Source: Candidatus Eiseniibacteriota bacterium
Lineage (GTDB): Bacteria > Eisenbacteria > RBG-16-71-46 > SZUA-252
Direction: 5' to 3'
NCBI GenBank assembly: GCA_963703225.1
Contig: OY969801.1
Span: 1,504,001 to 1,568,000, forward strand
DNA length: 64,000 bases
Positions within the stretch are counted from its first letter, which is position 1; every line of letters starts with the position of its first letter. The translations under genes were made by a program, and so were the position numbers. The notes beneath the pieces are model-generated. The model was not told where the DNA came from and searched no databases. It saw only the letters and a program-made list of their open reading frames with translations. This document shows positions 8,799 through 18,161 of this stretch, one piece after another.

Positions 8799-11700
8799 CG
8801 CAAGACGACTAGCTTCTTGGTGAGTCTTGTCCCGGCCGTCTCGAGCTGTTCGAAATAGACTCCCCCGGCCAGGTTTCTGGGCTGGAACGGAAATTCGTAG
8901 CGCCGTTGTCCGTCGGCGACCGCGTCGAACAGGGTCGCGACCAGGGCTCCGCGAACATCGAAAAGGCGCAGCGTGACGTGGCCCGACCGGGGAACGGCAA
9001 ATCCGACCTGGCTACTCGTGCGCATCGGGTTCGGAGAGGAGGGAAAGAGTGTGACGCGCTCGATGGCAGGCGCGGGGGGTGGCTCGACCGCCGTCACGGT
9101 GTCCGTGGCGCGGAGCCGCCCCGAGGGAATGATCTGCTTGGCCTGGCCGGTGCATTGCCAGGAGAGGTGGGCCTGGGCGCCTCCCAGATCCTCGTAGTAC
9201 TCCATCGTGATGGGATACCACGCACCCGCCGTGAGCGAGATATCGCCGAACCACTCGGTACCCGGCTGGTTATGCCACTGGTTGACCACGAGCTGGCCGT
9301 TGACCCAAAGCCTGACACCGTCATCGGTGAGTGTGAAAAACCGATACGATTGCGTGAACTGGGGCTGGACGAGCCCCTTCCATCTCACGCAGAACACCTC
9401 GGACGGCACCGCCGGCGATGGCGAGCCCTGCCCCCAATCAAAGTCCACCGTCGAATCGATACGGGACAGCACTTCGTTTGTAAAGTTTTGCGACGCGTAA
9501 TACTTTCCTATGAGTCCACTCGGGAAGGGGCCGACGACGACGTAAGCTGACTTCTGGCCGAACACGGCGCCGTTGGCTCCTGTCACGGTGAGCTTCACAT
9601 CGAAGGATCCCCTGCCCACGTACGTGTGGATTGGATTCTGCTCCGTGCTGGTCCCACCGTCCCCGAAATCCCAGAACCAACCGGAGGGGGACGGAACATT
9701 GGACTGATCGAGAAACGTCACGGTAAGAGGTATGTCGCCGCTCCGGGGAGAGGCCACGAAGTTCGAAACCCCCCGATACCGGACCCGGAGCACGTTGGCG
9801 CCTGGATCGATGGCCGATGTCGCGCCCTGATCCTTGTAGAGATCCGTGAAGTAGAGCCCGTCCGGCCCCGTGGCGAGCCCCACGGCGGTCGCCCGCCCCG
9901 TGCCGTTGTACTGAACCAGCGTCGCCGGTCCGCTGACGAGGGTTCCCGATGGACTCACGACAAATTCCGCGATGCGCTTCGAGTCGAAGGACGGCCCCGG
10001 CGCGTATGTGGACCCCGACAGGCTCACGAACGCATGGTCGTACGCGCTCGTGGGGTAGAAACTTCCACCGAAGGTCTCGGGCTGGATGAAGGTGATGTTG
10101 ACGGGCGCCACCGTGTTGACCCAGTTGTAGATCGCGTTGATGGTCATGCTGGCGTCCGTGCCGTTCCAGCCGTAGCTCGTTCCACTCAGCACCCTCGCGA
10201 ACCGATCGTTGGCTCCGTTTCCGTTCTCGACTTCGTAGTGTTGCCCGTCCAACGCCCGCCAGGCGCCCCCAAATGGGTTGCGGAACCCGTACGCGTAGAC
10301 GTAGTCACGCGCATTGATTCCGTTGGCGGCGTTGTAGAACGGATTGTCGCTAGGCGCCGATCCATCCAGGTTCATTCGCAAGATCTTGCCGCGGAAGGAG
10401 TCGAGGTTGAGGGCTGTCGCGGTCGTGAACCCGTCACCCATATGCACGTAAAGCTTTCCATCGGGCCCGAGCGAAAAGTTGGAAATGAAGTGGGACTGTC
10501 CCTGCTCCTCGCCCGGCATGCTGAGGATCGTGGTCTGGGTCGCCGCAGTCCTGCCCCCGTCCGTGCTATGAAACCGAACCACCTTCGGATAGTGGGTCCC
10601 GTTGGGGGGGTTCGAATCGTAGAGCATCCCCGCGAAGAGGTCCCCCGTGGCCGGATCGACCACGATGCCCGCGAGGCCCTGCTCGCCTGACCCCGGGAAC
10701 GACCCTCCTGGATCGAAGTTCAGCAAATTCGACGCATAGTTCGAGACCGTTCCCCCGCGCGTTACCATCTTGATGGTGCCGTAGAGCTCGGTCACGTAAT
10801 AGAGGGGGTCGTTCGAATTCGGGCCCGGGTTCGGCAGAAAGGCGATGTTGACGGGGAGTTGAAAACCCGTCGCGACGATCTCCACCTCGAACCCAGGCTG
10901 GACCACCGTCCAGGGCACGGGGGAGCCCCGGGCCAGCGTGGACAAATCAGGGCTCGTTTGACCGGCCGATCCGAGGTAGGTGCTTCCGTCGGCTCCGATC
11001 CAAAAATAGATCTGGCCGCCCGAGGGAACGCTGACCGAGGGGAGGTAGATCGTTTGAAACCGTCCCAGTCCGTCGGTGAACGCGAGACGCGACGGCGGGA
11101 GCGCGACCGGGGTGCTTCCCGCGGCTATGGTCAGCCTCGGCGACACGTCCGCGGGGAGCGCCGCGGGGTTTGTCTCCGTATTCGTAAGGCCGTCGTTTCC
11201 CCTCTCCTCCAGAAGCAGGGCTCCCGATCCGGATTCCAGGCGCAGGACCGGTTGGGCGACCCCTGGCGGAAGAATGATCGGTACACTCGACTCATCATTC
11301 CACGTGGTCCCGCCGCCAACGTCGTTCATGATCAGCGGGAAAACTTGGGTCTGAGAGCCTGTGGAGAATGGCAGCTCGGCAAACGCGCCCCATAGGCCCG
11401 TGTCATCCTTGAATCGGACCCGAAGTTTGTAGTTCGTGCTATAGAAAAGGCTCGTGCGCCCGGCATGGGAGTTCTCGAACACGCCGTCGCCCAGATGCGT
11501 GTGGACCTTCTCGATTCCGGTAATGCAGCTGGTCACCCACACGCGCTCGCTGGGCGAGATGGTCCAAATTTCCCAGTCGGTGCAGAAGTGCGTATCCCCT
11601 GGGTCGGGATCGGAGAAGGGGCCCGCTTCCATGTGGACGTCAAAGGGGCTCACCACTTGATCGAAAATGGGCGAGGTGATGGGGGGTGCGTCGGGCGGCG

Positions 11701-11869
11701 ATTGCGCGCGGGCACCGCAGGGGGCGAGAAGCAGCCATCCCATGGCAACGTGCGCGACCGCCGCGAGGCACCTACCGCGGGCGCCGCTGCCACGACCCAT
11801 CCAATTCATTTCGTCGGAGAGTTCCCTAGCGTCGAAGCCATGGACGCGCCTCTTTGGTGCGTCCAGCAC
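8795..11869 (-). CDS. Secreted multidomain protein: PQQ-type glucose/sorbosone dehydrogenase propeller + PKD + PA14 + T9SS/FlgD-like C-terminal domain
   Basis: Signal peptide ending 'ARA-Q'; 'GPDGKLYVHMGD...GKILRMNLDGSAPSDNPF...AYGFRNPFG'; PKD 'WDFGDGGTSTEQNPIHTY'; PA14 'FDWGQGSP...TDDGVRLWVNG'; tail 'PNPM...GVYF..L...KKLVVLR'; true start probably somewhat downstream of 11869. Confidence 0.8.
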   Translation of the reverse strand: MLDAPKRRVHGFDARELSDEMNWMGRGSGARGRCLAAVAHVAMGWLLLAPCGARAQSPPDAPPITSPIFDQVVSPFDVHMEAGPFSDPDPGDTHFCTDWEIWTISPSERVWVTSCITGIEKVHTHLGDGVFENSHAGRTSLFYSTNYKLRVRFKDDTGLWGAFAELPFSTGSQTQVFPLIMNDVGGGTTWNDESSVPIILPPGVAQPVLRLESGSGALLLEERGNDGLTNTETNPAALPADVSPRLTIAAGSTPVALPPSRLAFTDGLGRFQTIYLPSVSVPSGGQIYFWIGADGSTYLGSAGQTSPDLSTLARGSPVPWTVVQPGFEVEIVATGFQLPVNIAFLPNPGPNSNDPLYYVTELYGTIKMVTRGGTVSNYASNLLNFDPGGSFPGSGEQGLAGIVVDPATGDLFAGMLYDSNPPNGTHYPKVVRFHSTDGGRTAATQTTILSMPGEEQGQSHFISNFSLGPDGKLYVHMGDGFTTATALNLDSFRGKILRMNLDGSAPSDNPFYNAANGINARDYVYAYGFRNPFGGAWRALDGQHYEVENGNGANDRFARVLSGTSYGWNGTDASMTINAIYNWVNTVAPVNITFIQPETFGGSFYPTSAYDHAFVSLSGSTYAPGPSFDSKRIAEFVVSPSGTLVSGPATLVQYNGTGRATAVGLATGPDGLYFTDLYKDQGATSAIDPGANVLRVRYRGVSNFVASPRSGDIPLTVTFLDQSNVPSPSGWFWDFGDGGTSTEQNPIHTYVGRGSFDVKLTVTGANGAVFGQKSAYVVVGPFPSGLIGKYYASQNFTNEVLSRIDSTVDFDWGQGSPSPAVPSEVFCVRWKGLVQPQFTQSYRFFTLTDDGVRLWVNGQLVVNQWHNQPGTEWFGDISLTAGAWYPITMEYYEDLGGAQAHLSWQCTGQAKQIIPSGRLRATDTVTAVEPPPAPAIERVTLFPSSPNPMRTSSQVGFAVPRSGHVTLRLFDVRGALVATLFDAVADGQRRYEFPFQPRNLAGGVYFEQLETAGTRLTKKLVVLR

Positions 11870-12089
11870 GTAACCCGCTCTTGGCCAGCGGACTCCGTGT
11901 CGTCAATCCAAAGAATTATATCACATGGGAGAGCGCCACGCAGGGCCCGAGCAAGTTTCCACCAGCGCCCGGACCGGCAGATTCCTTACCACGGCGGCCG
12001 GGCACGGTGTCCGGGCCGGGCCAGGCCCCGCGTCAGGGCACGCGCCTCTGGACTTCGGGGGAAACTCTATGTAGCGTGACGACCTACCC

Positions 12090-13484
12090 ATGGCACGGAT
12101 GCCTCCCAACCCCGCTCCTCGCAAGACCCGGGCGCAAGGTCGGCCCCGGGACCTGTCGCTCCCCAAAGGTAGCTCCATCCCCGAAGGACCGTACCGGCCC
12201 GAGGACGGGGTTGGCGCCCGGATGCACGACCTCATTCGGGCACTCTACCCCATTTGCCGCAGCATCACCGGCGATGGCGTGCGCCAGACTCTCGAGATCC
12301 TGCGCCAGCTGGTCCCGCTCACCGTCCATGAAGTCCCCTCGGGAACGCGTGTGCTGGACTGGACGGTGCCCCGCGAGTGGAACATCCGCGAGGCTTACAT
12401 CAAGGATCCCAAGGGCGCCTTGGTGGTCGATTTCAAGGCCTCGAACCTTCACGTCGTCGGCTACAGCGTGCCGGTCCGGACCAAGCTGCCGCTCCACGAG
12501 CTCCGGGAGCACCTCTTCACGCTTCCCGATGCGCCGGACCTGATCCCCTATCGGACAAGCTACTACCGGGAAACATGGGGGTTTTGCCTCAGCCAGCGTC
12601 AGCTCGACGCCCTCCCCGACGGCGAGTATGAGGTGGTGATCGACGCGACGCTCGCGGACGGGAACCTGACGTACGGCGAGCTCCTGGTGCGCGGGTCGAG
12701 CGAGGAGGAGATCCTATTCTCCTGCCACACCTGCCATCCCTCGCTTTGCAACGATAACCTGTCGGGCATCGCGCTCACGACGTTTCTCGCGAAGCACGTA
12801 TCCGCTTTGTCGCTTCGCCACTCCTGCCGGTTTCTCTTCCTGCCGGTGACCATTGGGTCGATCACCTGGCTGCACCGGAATCGCGACCAACTCGCGCGGA
12901 TCCGCCACGGCCTTGTGGTGACGTGCGTCGGGGATCGAGGCCGATTCCGATACAAGAAGTCGCGCCGAGGGGATGCCGAAATCGATCGCGTCGTCCCCTA
13001 CGTCCTGCGGGCTTCCGGCTTCGAGCACGAATGCGTCGATTTCTCTCCGTATGGATATGACGAGCGCCAGTACTGCTCGCCCGGATTCAACCTCCCCGTC
13101 GGGTCGCTCACGCGGTCGAGCCATGGGACCTACGCCGAGTATCACACCTCAGCGGACAACTTGGGCTTCGTGCACCCGGACTCTCTACAAGAGTCGCTCG
13201 CCCGCTACCTCGACGTCGTTCGGGTGCTCGAGGGGAACGGCCGCTACGAGAACCGTGCCCCGTTCGGCGAGCCGCAGCTGGGAACCCGCGGGCTCTACAA
13301 GAGCGCCGGTGGGCCCATCCGCGACTCGAGCGACGAGATGGCGATGCTCTGGGTGCTCAGCTTCTCCGACGGAACCCACTCGCTTCTCGACATCGCCATT
13401 CGGTCGGGGGTTTCGTTCGAGGCTCTTCGCAGGGCCGCCGATTCGCTTCTGGCGGCCGGGCTGCTGGGCTCGAGCGCCACGTGA
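12090..13484 (+). CDS. DUF4910 aminopeptidase-like protein (DUF2172 + M28-like + C-terminal wHTH), polysaccharide-locus associated
   Basis: 'LYPICRSITGDGVRQTL', 'DWTVPREWNI', 'PYRTSYY', 'CHPSLCNDNLSG', 'GYDERQYCSPG'. Confidence 0.85.
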   Translation: MARMPPNPAPRKTRAQGRPRDLSLPKGSSIPEGPYRPEDGVGARMHDLIRALYPICRSITGDGVRQTLEILRQLVPLTVHEVPSGTRVLDWTVPREWNIREAYIKDPKGALVVDFKASNLHVVGYSVPVRTKLPLHELREHLFTLPDAPDLIPYRTSYYRETWGFCLSQRQLDALPDGEYEVVIDATLADGNLTYGELLVRGSSEEEILFSCHTCHPSLCNDNLSGIALTTFLAKHVSALSLRHSCRFLFLPVTIGSITWLHRNRDQLARIRHGLVVTCVGDRGRFRYKKSRRGDAEIDRVVPYVLRASGFEHECVDFSPYGYDERQYCSPGFNLPVGSLTRSSHGTYAEYHTSADNLGFVHPDSLQESLARYLDVVRVLEGNGRYENRAPFGEPQLGTRGLYKSAGGPIRDSSDEMAMLWVLSFSDGTHSLLDIAIRSGVSFEALRRAADSLLAAGLLGSSAT

Positions 13485-14737
13485 CCGGCCCGCGCTTCCC
13501 CGAGGTTGGGGTCCTGGCGCTGGTCCCAGACCGGTGGGGCCCCGAGTGGCAAGTGCGCCATCATGTGCTGACGCGCCTCGCCCGCCACTTCCACGTCCTA
13601 TGGGTGAACCCCGCGCAGGGATGGCGCGAGCGAGGACACCGCCGGCACCGGGACTCACCCCTTTTGGGCCACGCGTCGATTCCCCCGGGGTTCGAGGTCT
13701 ACACGCCGGAGCGATGGCTCCCCCTCCTCTACCGTCCCACAGCCCTCGCTCGCTGGACCCTCGACGTTCGGCTCCGGCGGGCCCGCGCCAAGCTCGTCGC
13801 GCGCGGGGTGAAGCGAATCGTCCTCTACATATGGCGCCCGGAGTTTGCGCCGGCTCTCGAGTGCCATCGTCACGATGTGAGCGTCTACCATATCGACGAC
13901 GAGTACTCGTTCTCACCGGTCGAGGTACCCACCTCTCCGGTCGAACGCGCGCTCATCGCTTCCGTCGACCAGGTGATCATTCATTCCCCGGGTCTCATGG
14001 AGAAGAAGGGAAAGATCAACCCGCGCACCGATTTTGTGCCCAACGGCGTCGAGTACGAGCGCTTCGCGGCGGACCAACCGGAACCGTCGGCCCTCGCGAA
14101 CATCCCGTCCCCGCGGGTCGGTTACATCGGGGTTCTCAAGAGGACGCTCGACTGGCCGCTGATCCAGTACTTGAGCGAGCGGCGCCCCGAATGGTCGCTG
14201 GTTCTCATGGGGCCGCGAACCTCCATTTCTTACATCGAGGGTCCGATCCTGGAACTATCCCGCCGGCCGAACGTGCACATCCTCCCCGGACTCCCGACGA
14301 GCGAGGTGGCCCCGTACCCCCAGCACTTGGACGTCTGCATCCTCCCCTACGTGGAGGATGATTACGGTAAGTACGTGTATCCACTGAAGTTGCATGAGTA
14401 TCTCGCGGGGGGTCGTCCGGTGGTGGGAGCCCGCATCCGGAGCCTGGAGGACTTTGGGGACGTGATCGGGTTGGCCTCGACCCCTGAGGAGTGGCTCGGC
14501 GCGATCTCTCGGGCCCTCACAACCGAGGAGCAAGGCATGGCGAGAATCGCGGCGCGGCGCGCCGTCGCGCGGGCGCACGATTGGGACAGCCTCGTGGAGC
14601 GGGTCGCCGCCTTGATCGCCGCGCGGCTCGGCGGCTCGGTGGCTTCGGGCTACCCGGAGCTCGGCGGAATGCGCACCACTCCGCCGGAGGAGAGCTCCAC
14701 GTCGGCGACACCGCCGCCGTACGTTCGCGTCTCTTGA
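13481..14737 (+). CDS. Glycosyltransferase, GT4/TuaH-like
   Basis: 'VYHIDDEY', 'VPNGVE', 'PLKLHEYLAGGRPVV', 'HDWD'; GTG overlaps upstream stop. Confidence 0.85.
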   Translation: MTGPRFPEVGVLALVPDRWGPEWQVRHHVLTRLARHFHVLWVNPAQGWRERGHRRHRDSPLLGHASIPPGFEVYTPERWLPLLYRPTALARWTLDVRLRRARAKLVARGVKRIVLYIWRPEFAPALECHRHDVSVYHIDDEYSFSPVEVPTSPVERALIASVDQVIIHSPGLMEKKGKINPRTDFVPNGVEYERFAADQPEPSALANIPSPRVGYIGVLKRTLDWPLIQYLSERRPEWSLVLMGPRTSISYIEGPILELSRRPNVHILPGLPTSEVAPYPQHLDVCILPYVEDDYGKYVYPLKLHEYLAGGRPVVGARIRSLEDFGDVIGLASTPEEWLGAISRALTTEEQGMARIAARRAVARAHDWDSLVERVAALIAARLGGSVASGYPELGGMRTTPPEESSTSATPPPYVRVS

Positions 14738-15873
14738 ACCGAGAACAGCCCTGCGGGAACGAGGTACGAAATCTGCGTGAAGGTCGGGTTGTCGAACACG
14801 TACGACCCGATGTGGTACTGGCCGCGCACCAGATGAGCGCGGAAATGAAAGTCGATCGTGAAGTTCTCCCCGGGCGTGAGCGTATCCAGCCCCAATTCCT
14901 CACTCCGTAGATTCCCATCGTAAACCTTCAGCCCGTCGGTAGAACGATACAGGATGAAGCTCATGTGGTAGTTGGTGACCGGTCGATGCACGTGATAGGT
15001 CACCCGGAGGGTGAGCGCGGCCCCAGGCGACACGGTGACCGCCGGCTCACCCCGCTCGTCGAGGAGCGTGGCGTTCATGATGTCGACCGACGCTCCGCGG
15101 GGCGCCGCCTCCTGGCGGGACGCCGCTCGGACATAGGTCGCGATCGCCTGCTGCGCCGGGCCCATGTCGCGGATCCCGCCTGACAGGTAGATGCCGGTGT
15201 CGCACAGCTCCGCCACCGCCTGCATGTTGTGCGAGACGAACGCGATCGCTACGCCCTGGCGCTTGAAGAGCTTCATTCGCTCGATGCATTTCTCTTGAAA
15301 CGCCATATCCCCCACCGAAAGGACTTCATCAATGATGAGCACGTCCGGGTCCAAGTGCGCGGCGACCGAGAACCCCAGTCGGGCGTGCATGCCGGAGGAG
15401 TAGCGCTTCACCGGCGTATCGATGAAATCGGCGACCCCCGCGAAGGCGACGATCTCGTCAATCTTCCGGACAATCTCGGTGGACCGCATGCCCATGATCG
15501 CGCCCTGCAGATATATGTTTTCCAAACCGGTGAGGTCCGGGTGGAATCCTGCCGCCACCTCGATGAGGGCCCCGACCCTGCCCCGCACCACGCACGCTCC
15601 GCGCGTCGGTCGCAGGATCTTGGTCAGAAGCTTGAGCATCGTGGACTTTCCTGCGCCGTTCGGCCCGATGATGCCCAGCGCTTCGCCCGCCTTCACTTGA
15701 AACGTGATCTCGCGCAGCGCCCAGAAGTCCCCTTCTCGAAGGTGCTCCGGCTTCGCCGCCTTTCCCAGAAGGTTCTTCGTGAGGGCGGGCAGGAGATCCC
15801 GAAGGCTGTCGTGGATCTCGCCTCGGTGGAACTTCTTCCATACGTCGAAGACTTCGATGGCGACGTCGGCCAT
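14650..15873 (-). CDS. wzt: Polysaccharide ABC exporter ATP-binding protein with C-terminal Wzt_C domain
   Basis: Walker A GPNGAGKST, 'YSSGMHARLGFS', 'IIDEVLSVGD', 'VSHNM'; about 150-aa C-terminal extension. Confidence 0.92.
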   Translation of the reverse strand: MADVAIEVFDVWKKFHRGEIHDSLRDLLPALTKNLLGKAAKPEHLREGDFWALREITFQVKAGEALGIIGPNGAGKSTMLKLLTKILRPTRGACVVRGRVGALIEVAAGFHPDLTGLENIYLQGAIMGMRSTEIVRKIDEIVAFAGVADFIDTPVKRYSSGMHARLGFSVAAHLDPDVLIIDEVLSVGDMAFQEKCIERMKLFKRQGVAIAFVSHNMQAVAELCDTGIYLSGGIRDMGPAQQAIATYVRAASRQEAAPRGASVDIMNATLLDERGEPAVTVSPGAALTLRVTYHVHRPVTNYHMSFILYRSTDGLKVYDGNLRSEELGLDTLTPGENFTIDFHFRAHLVRGQYHIGSYVFDNPTFTQISYLVPAGLFSVQETRTYGGGVADVELSSGGVVRIPPSSG

Positions 15874-15879
15874 AGCCCT

Positions 15880-16815
15880 CTAGATGTACTCCGCGAAGAT
15901 GAATTCGAGGCGATGGAACAGGATCGCGCTCCCCAGGAGTCCCCCGACGCTGCAGACGAAACCGTAGGCGAGATACCAAGGAGTCCAGACCAGATAGGAG
16001 CTGCCGTTGGCGCCGAGCTTCGTGATCGGCTCGAGCAGGTTGTGTCCCTCAACCACGGCGAGCCGCAGCCCCTCCAGGAACGGCGACAGCGGATTCAGCA
16101 TGACGAGGTTGGAACCGAGGGCGCCGAGCATCGATGCGTCGAAGAGGACGGGCGTAAAGAAGATGCCGAACGTGAGCAACACCTGCACGATGTACTTTAC
16201 GTCCCGGAAGAAAAGATTGGCGCAACTGAGAAGGAGCCCCACCGCGGTCGTGAAGAGGAAGAAGAGAAGCACGAGTAACGGCACCCAGAGCAAGGCCCAG
16301 GAGAGGGTCACACCCATGAATGGAAGAGCGATGGCCACGACGACACCGCTGATCGAGGTGTCGAATGCCTGCGCGATTGTGGCGGCGAGCGGAAACACTT
16401 CGCGCGGCAAGTAGACCTTGGTAACGAGCGTGATGTTGGCGAGCAAGCTCGCGGCGGCAAATCCGATCGCGCCCACGAAGAAGGACCAGGGCAGAGCCTT
16501 GATGGTCAGGCTCGCGATGTCGGAGGCCTTGAGCGCGTGTCCCGCGAAGTTGGCCATGGCGACCTTGATCAATAGCCCGGCTCCCACGATGAGGGCCGGC
16601 ATCAACACCGCCCAACCGAAGCCCATCACGGCCTGCTTGTACCGGATTCGAATGTCACGAAGAGTAATCTGGTAGAGGAGCTCGCGGTGGGTCCAGAGAT
16701 CGTGCGCGATCTCGGAGAGATCGCGCAGCGCGGAAGCGCGCCGCGCCGGCGCCGTAGCGAGCGCGGACGACTGCGATGTCGAAGCCACGGGCGTCGGGGC
16801 GGGCAGCGTCGCCAT
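15880..16815 (-). CDS. wzm: Polysaccharide ABC exporter permease
   Basis: 'RDIRIRYKQAVMGFGWAVL', 'KVYLPRE', 'FFRDV', 'TPVLF', 'LNPL'. Confidence 0.92.
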   Translation of the reverse strand: MATLPAPTPVASTSQSSALATAPARRASALRDLSEIAHDLWTHRELLYQITLRDIRIRYKQAVMGFGWAVLMPALIVGAGLLIKVAMANFAGHALKASDIASLTIKALPWSFFVGAIGFAAASLLANITLVTKVYLPREVFPLAATIAQAFDTSISGVVVAIALPFMGVTLSWALLWVPLLVLLFFLFTTAVGLLLSCANLFFRDVKYIVQVLLTFGIFFTPVLFDASMLGALGSNLVMLNPLSPFLEGLRLAVVEGHNLLEPITKLGANGSSYLVWTPWYLAYGFVCSVGGLLGSAILFHRLEFIFAEYI

Positions 16816-16934
16816 GGTAGGTCAGTCCTGTCGAGCTTTGGTGATGGTGATCCCAGTGAGGGCAGCGTGGCCGGTTGCGGCTGACATCTGCTGAACCGAC
16901 GCCCCCAGAACGTTACCAGCACGCACGCGAAGCG

Positions 16935-18161
16935 TCAACGTGCATCCGCCCGGCGGGCGGGTCGGCGCCTCCCCGCCGCCACCAGCTCGAGGAGCTTCGT
17001 TTCCAGGAGCGCGCCGCTGTGCTCCCAACGATGATTCCGCTCGACGTATCGGCGGGCACGCTGGCCTAGCTCACGTCGGTTCCTCGCGTCGCGGAGCAGC
17101 GTCACCACCCTCTCCGCGAACTCGGCCGGCGAGTCCGCTCTTTGGACGCCGTCCGCGTCCCCGGCGCCCAGCGCCTGGAAGGCCACGTGCGTTCCTACGA
17201 CCGGAAGCCCGGAGGCCATCGCCTCGAGGACCTTGTTCTGAACCCCGCGGGCGATTCGAAATGGGGCGACCGCCAGCGCCGCCTCGGCAAGGTGGGGATG
17301 CACATCCGGCACGGAGCCGGTGACCGTGACGCCGGGAAGCCGCGCCAGCCGCCGCACCGCGGTCGCCGGATCACGGCCCACGATCTTGAACTTTGCGTCC
17401 GCCACCCGACGTCTGACTTCCGGAAAAATCTCGCGCGCAAAGTAGCTCACGGCGTCCACGTTCGGGAAATATCCCATGGCACCGGTAAAGATCACCACCG
17501 GCTCGTCGGGCCGCTCGCCGTCGGAGTTAGGACGGAACGCGTCGAGATCCACGCCGTTCGGGATGATGCAGAGGTCCCGGCCCGGAGCGCGACGCCGCAC
17601 GATGTCGGCTTCGGCTTCGGAGACAAAGATCGAGGCGTCGAACCGCGACGCCATGCGCGCCTCATAGCGCGCGAGCCGCTCCGCCTCCAGAGCGTACACG
17701 GCCGAAAACGGAAAGGGGCGAAGGCGCCCGTACGATCGCCACTTCTCCGAGTCCGCGTCCACGAAATCGAGGACTCTCGGAAGCCCCGTCGCTCGCTCGA
17801 TAAACTGGGCCATCGCCGCCGACTGGGCAATCAGGACGTCCGGGCCCTCTTGCTGGATCCGCCGCTCCACCAGCAGGCGAAGAGTCGGCGAATCGAACGC
17901 CGCGACCGAAAGCGAACGGCCGGTCGCGAGCGCCCCCAGTGCGAGCATCCGCGCCGCGCCCGGCGAGTGGGGAACGACATCCACGGAGGAGCAGAGTCTT
18001 TCGAGGGAGCGAGCGTGGTCCAGATCCTCGCGGGAGTCGGCGAGGCATGCCACGTGGACGCTGTGGCTCCGCACCAGGTGAACAATCTGGTGGTAGGCGC
18101 GTATCTTCTCTCCCTTGTTGGGTGGGTATGGCACCCGATGGCATAGATAGATGACCTTCAT
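16935..18161 (-). CDS. GT4 glycosyltransferase, PEP-CTERM/XrtA-associated (TIGR03087-like)
   Basis: ATG 18161; 'LCHRVPYPPNKGEKIRAY', 'DFVDADSEKW', 'ARGVQNKVLEAMA'. Confidence 0.9.
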   Translation of the reverse strand: MKVIYLCHRVPYPPNKGEKIRAYHQIVHLVRSHSVHVACLADSREDLDHARSLERLCSSVDVVPHSPGAARMLALGALATGRSLSVAAFDSPTLRLLVERRIQQEGPDVLIAQSAAMAQFIERATGLPRVLDFVDADSEKWRSYGRLRPFPFSAVYALEAERLARYEARMASRFDASIFVSEAEADIVRRRAPGRDLCIIPNGVDLDAFRPNSDGERPDEPVVIFTGAMGYFPNVDAVSYFAREIFPEVRRRVADAKFKIVGRDPATAVRRLARLPGVTVTGSVPDVHPHLAEAALAVAPFRIARGVQNKVLEAMASGLPVVGTHVAFQALGAGDADGVQRADSPAEFAERVVTLLRDARNRRELGQRARRYVERNHRWEHSGALLETKLLELVAAGRRRPARRADAR

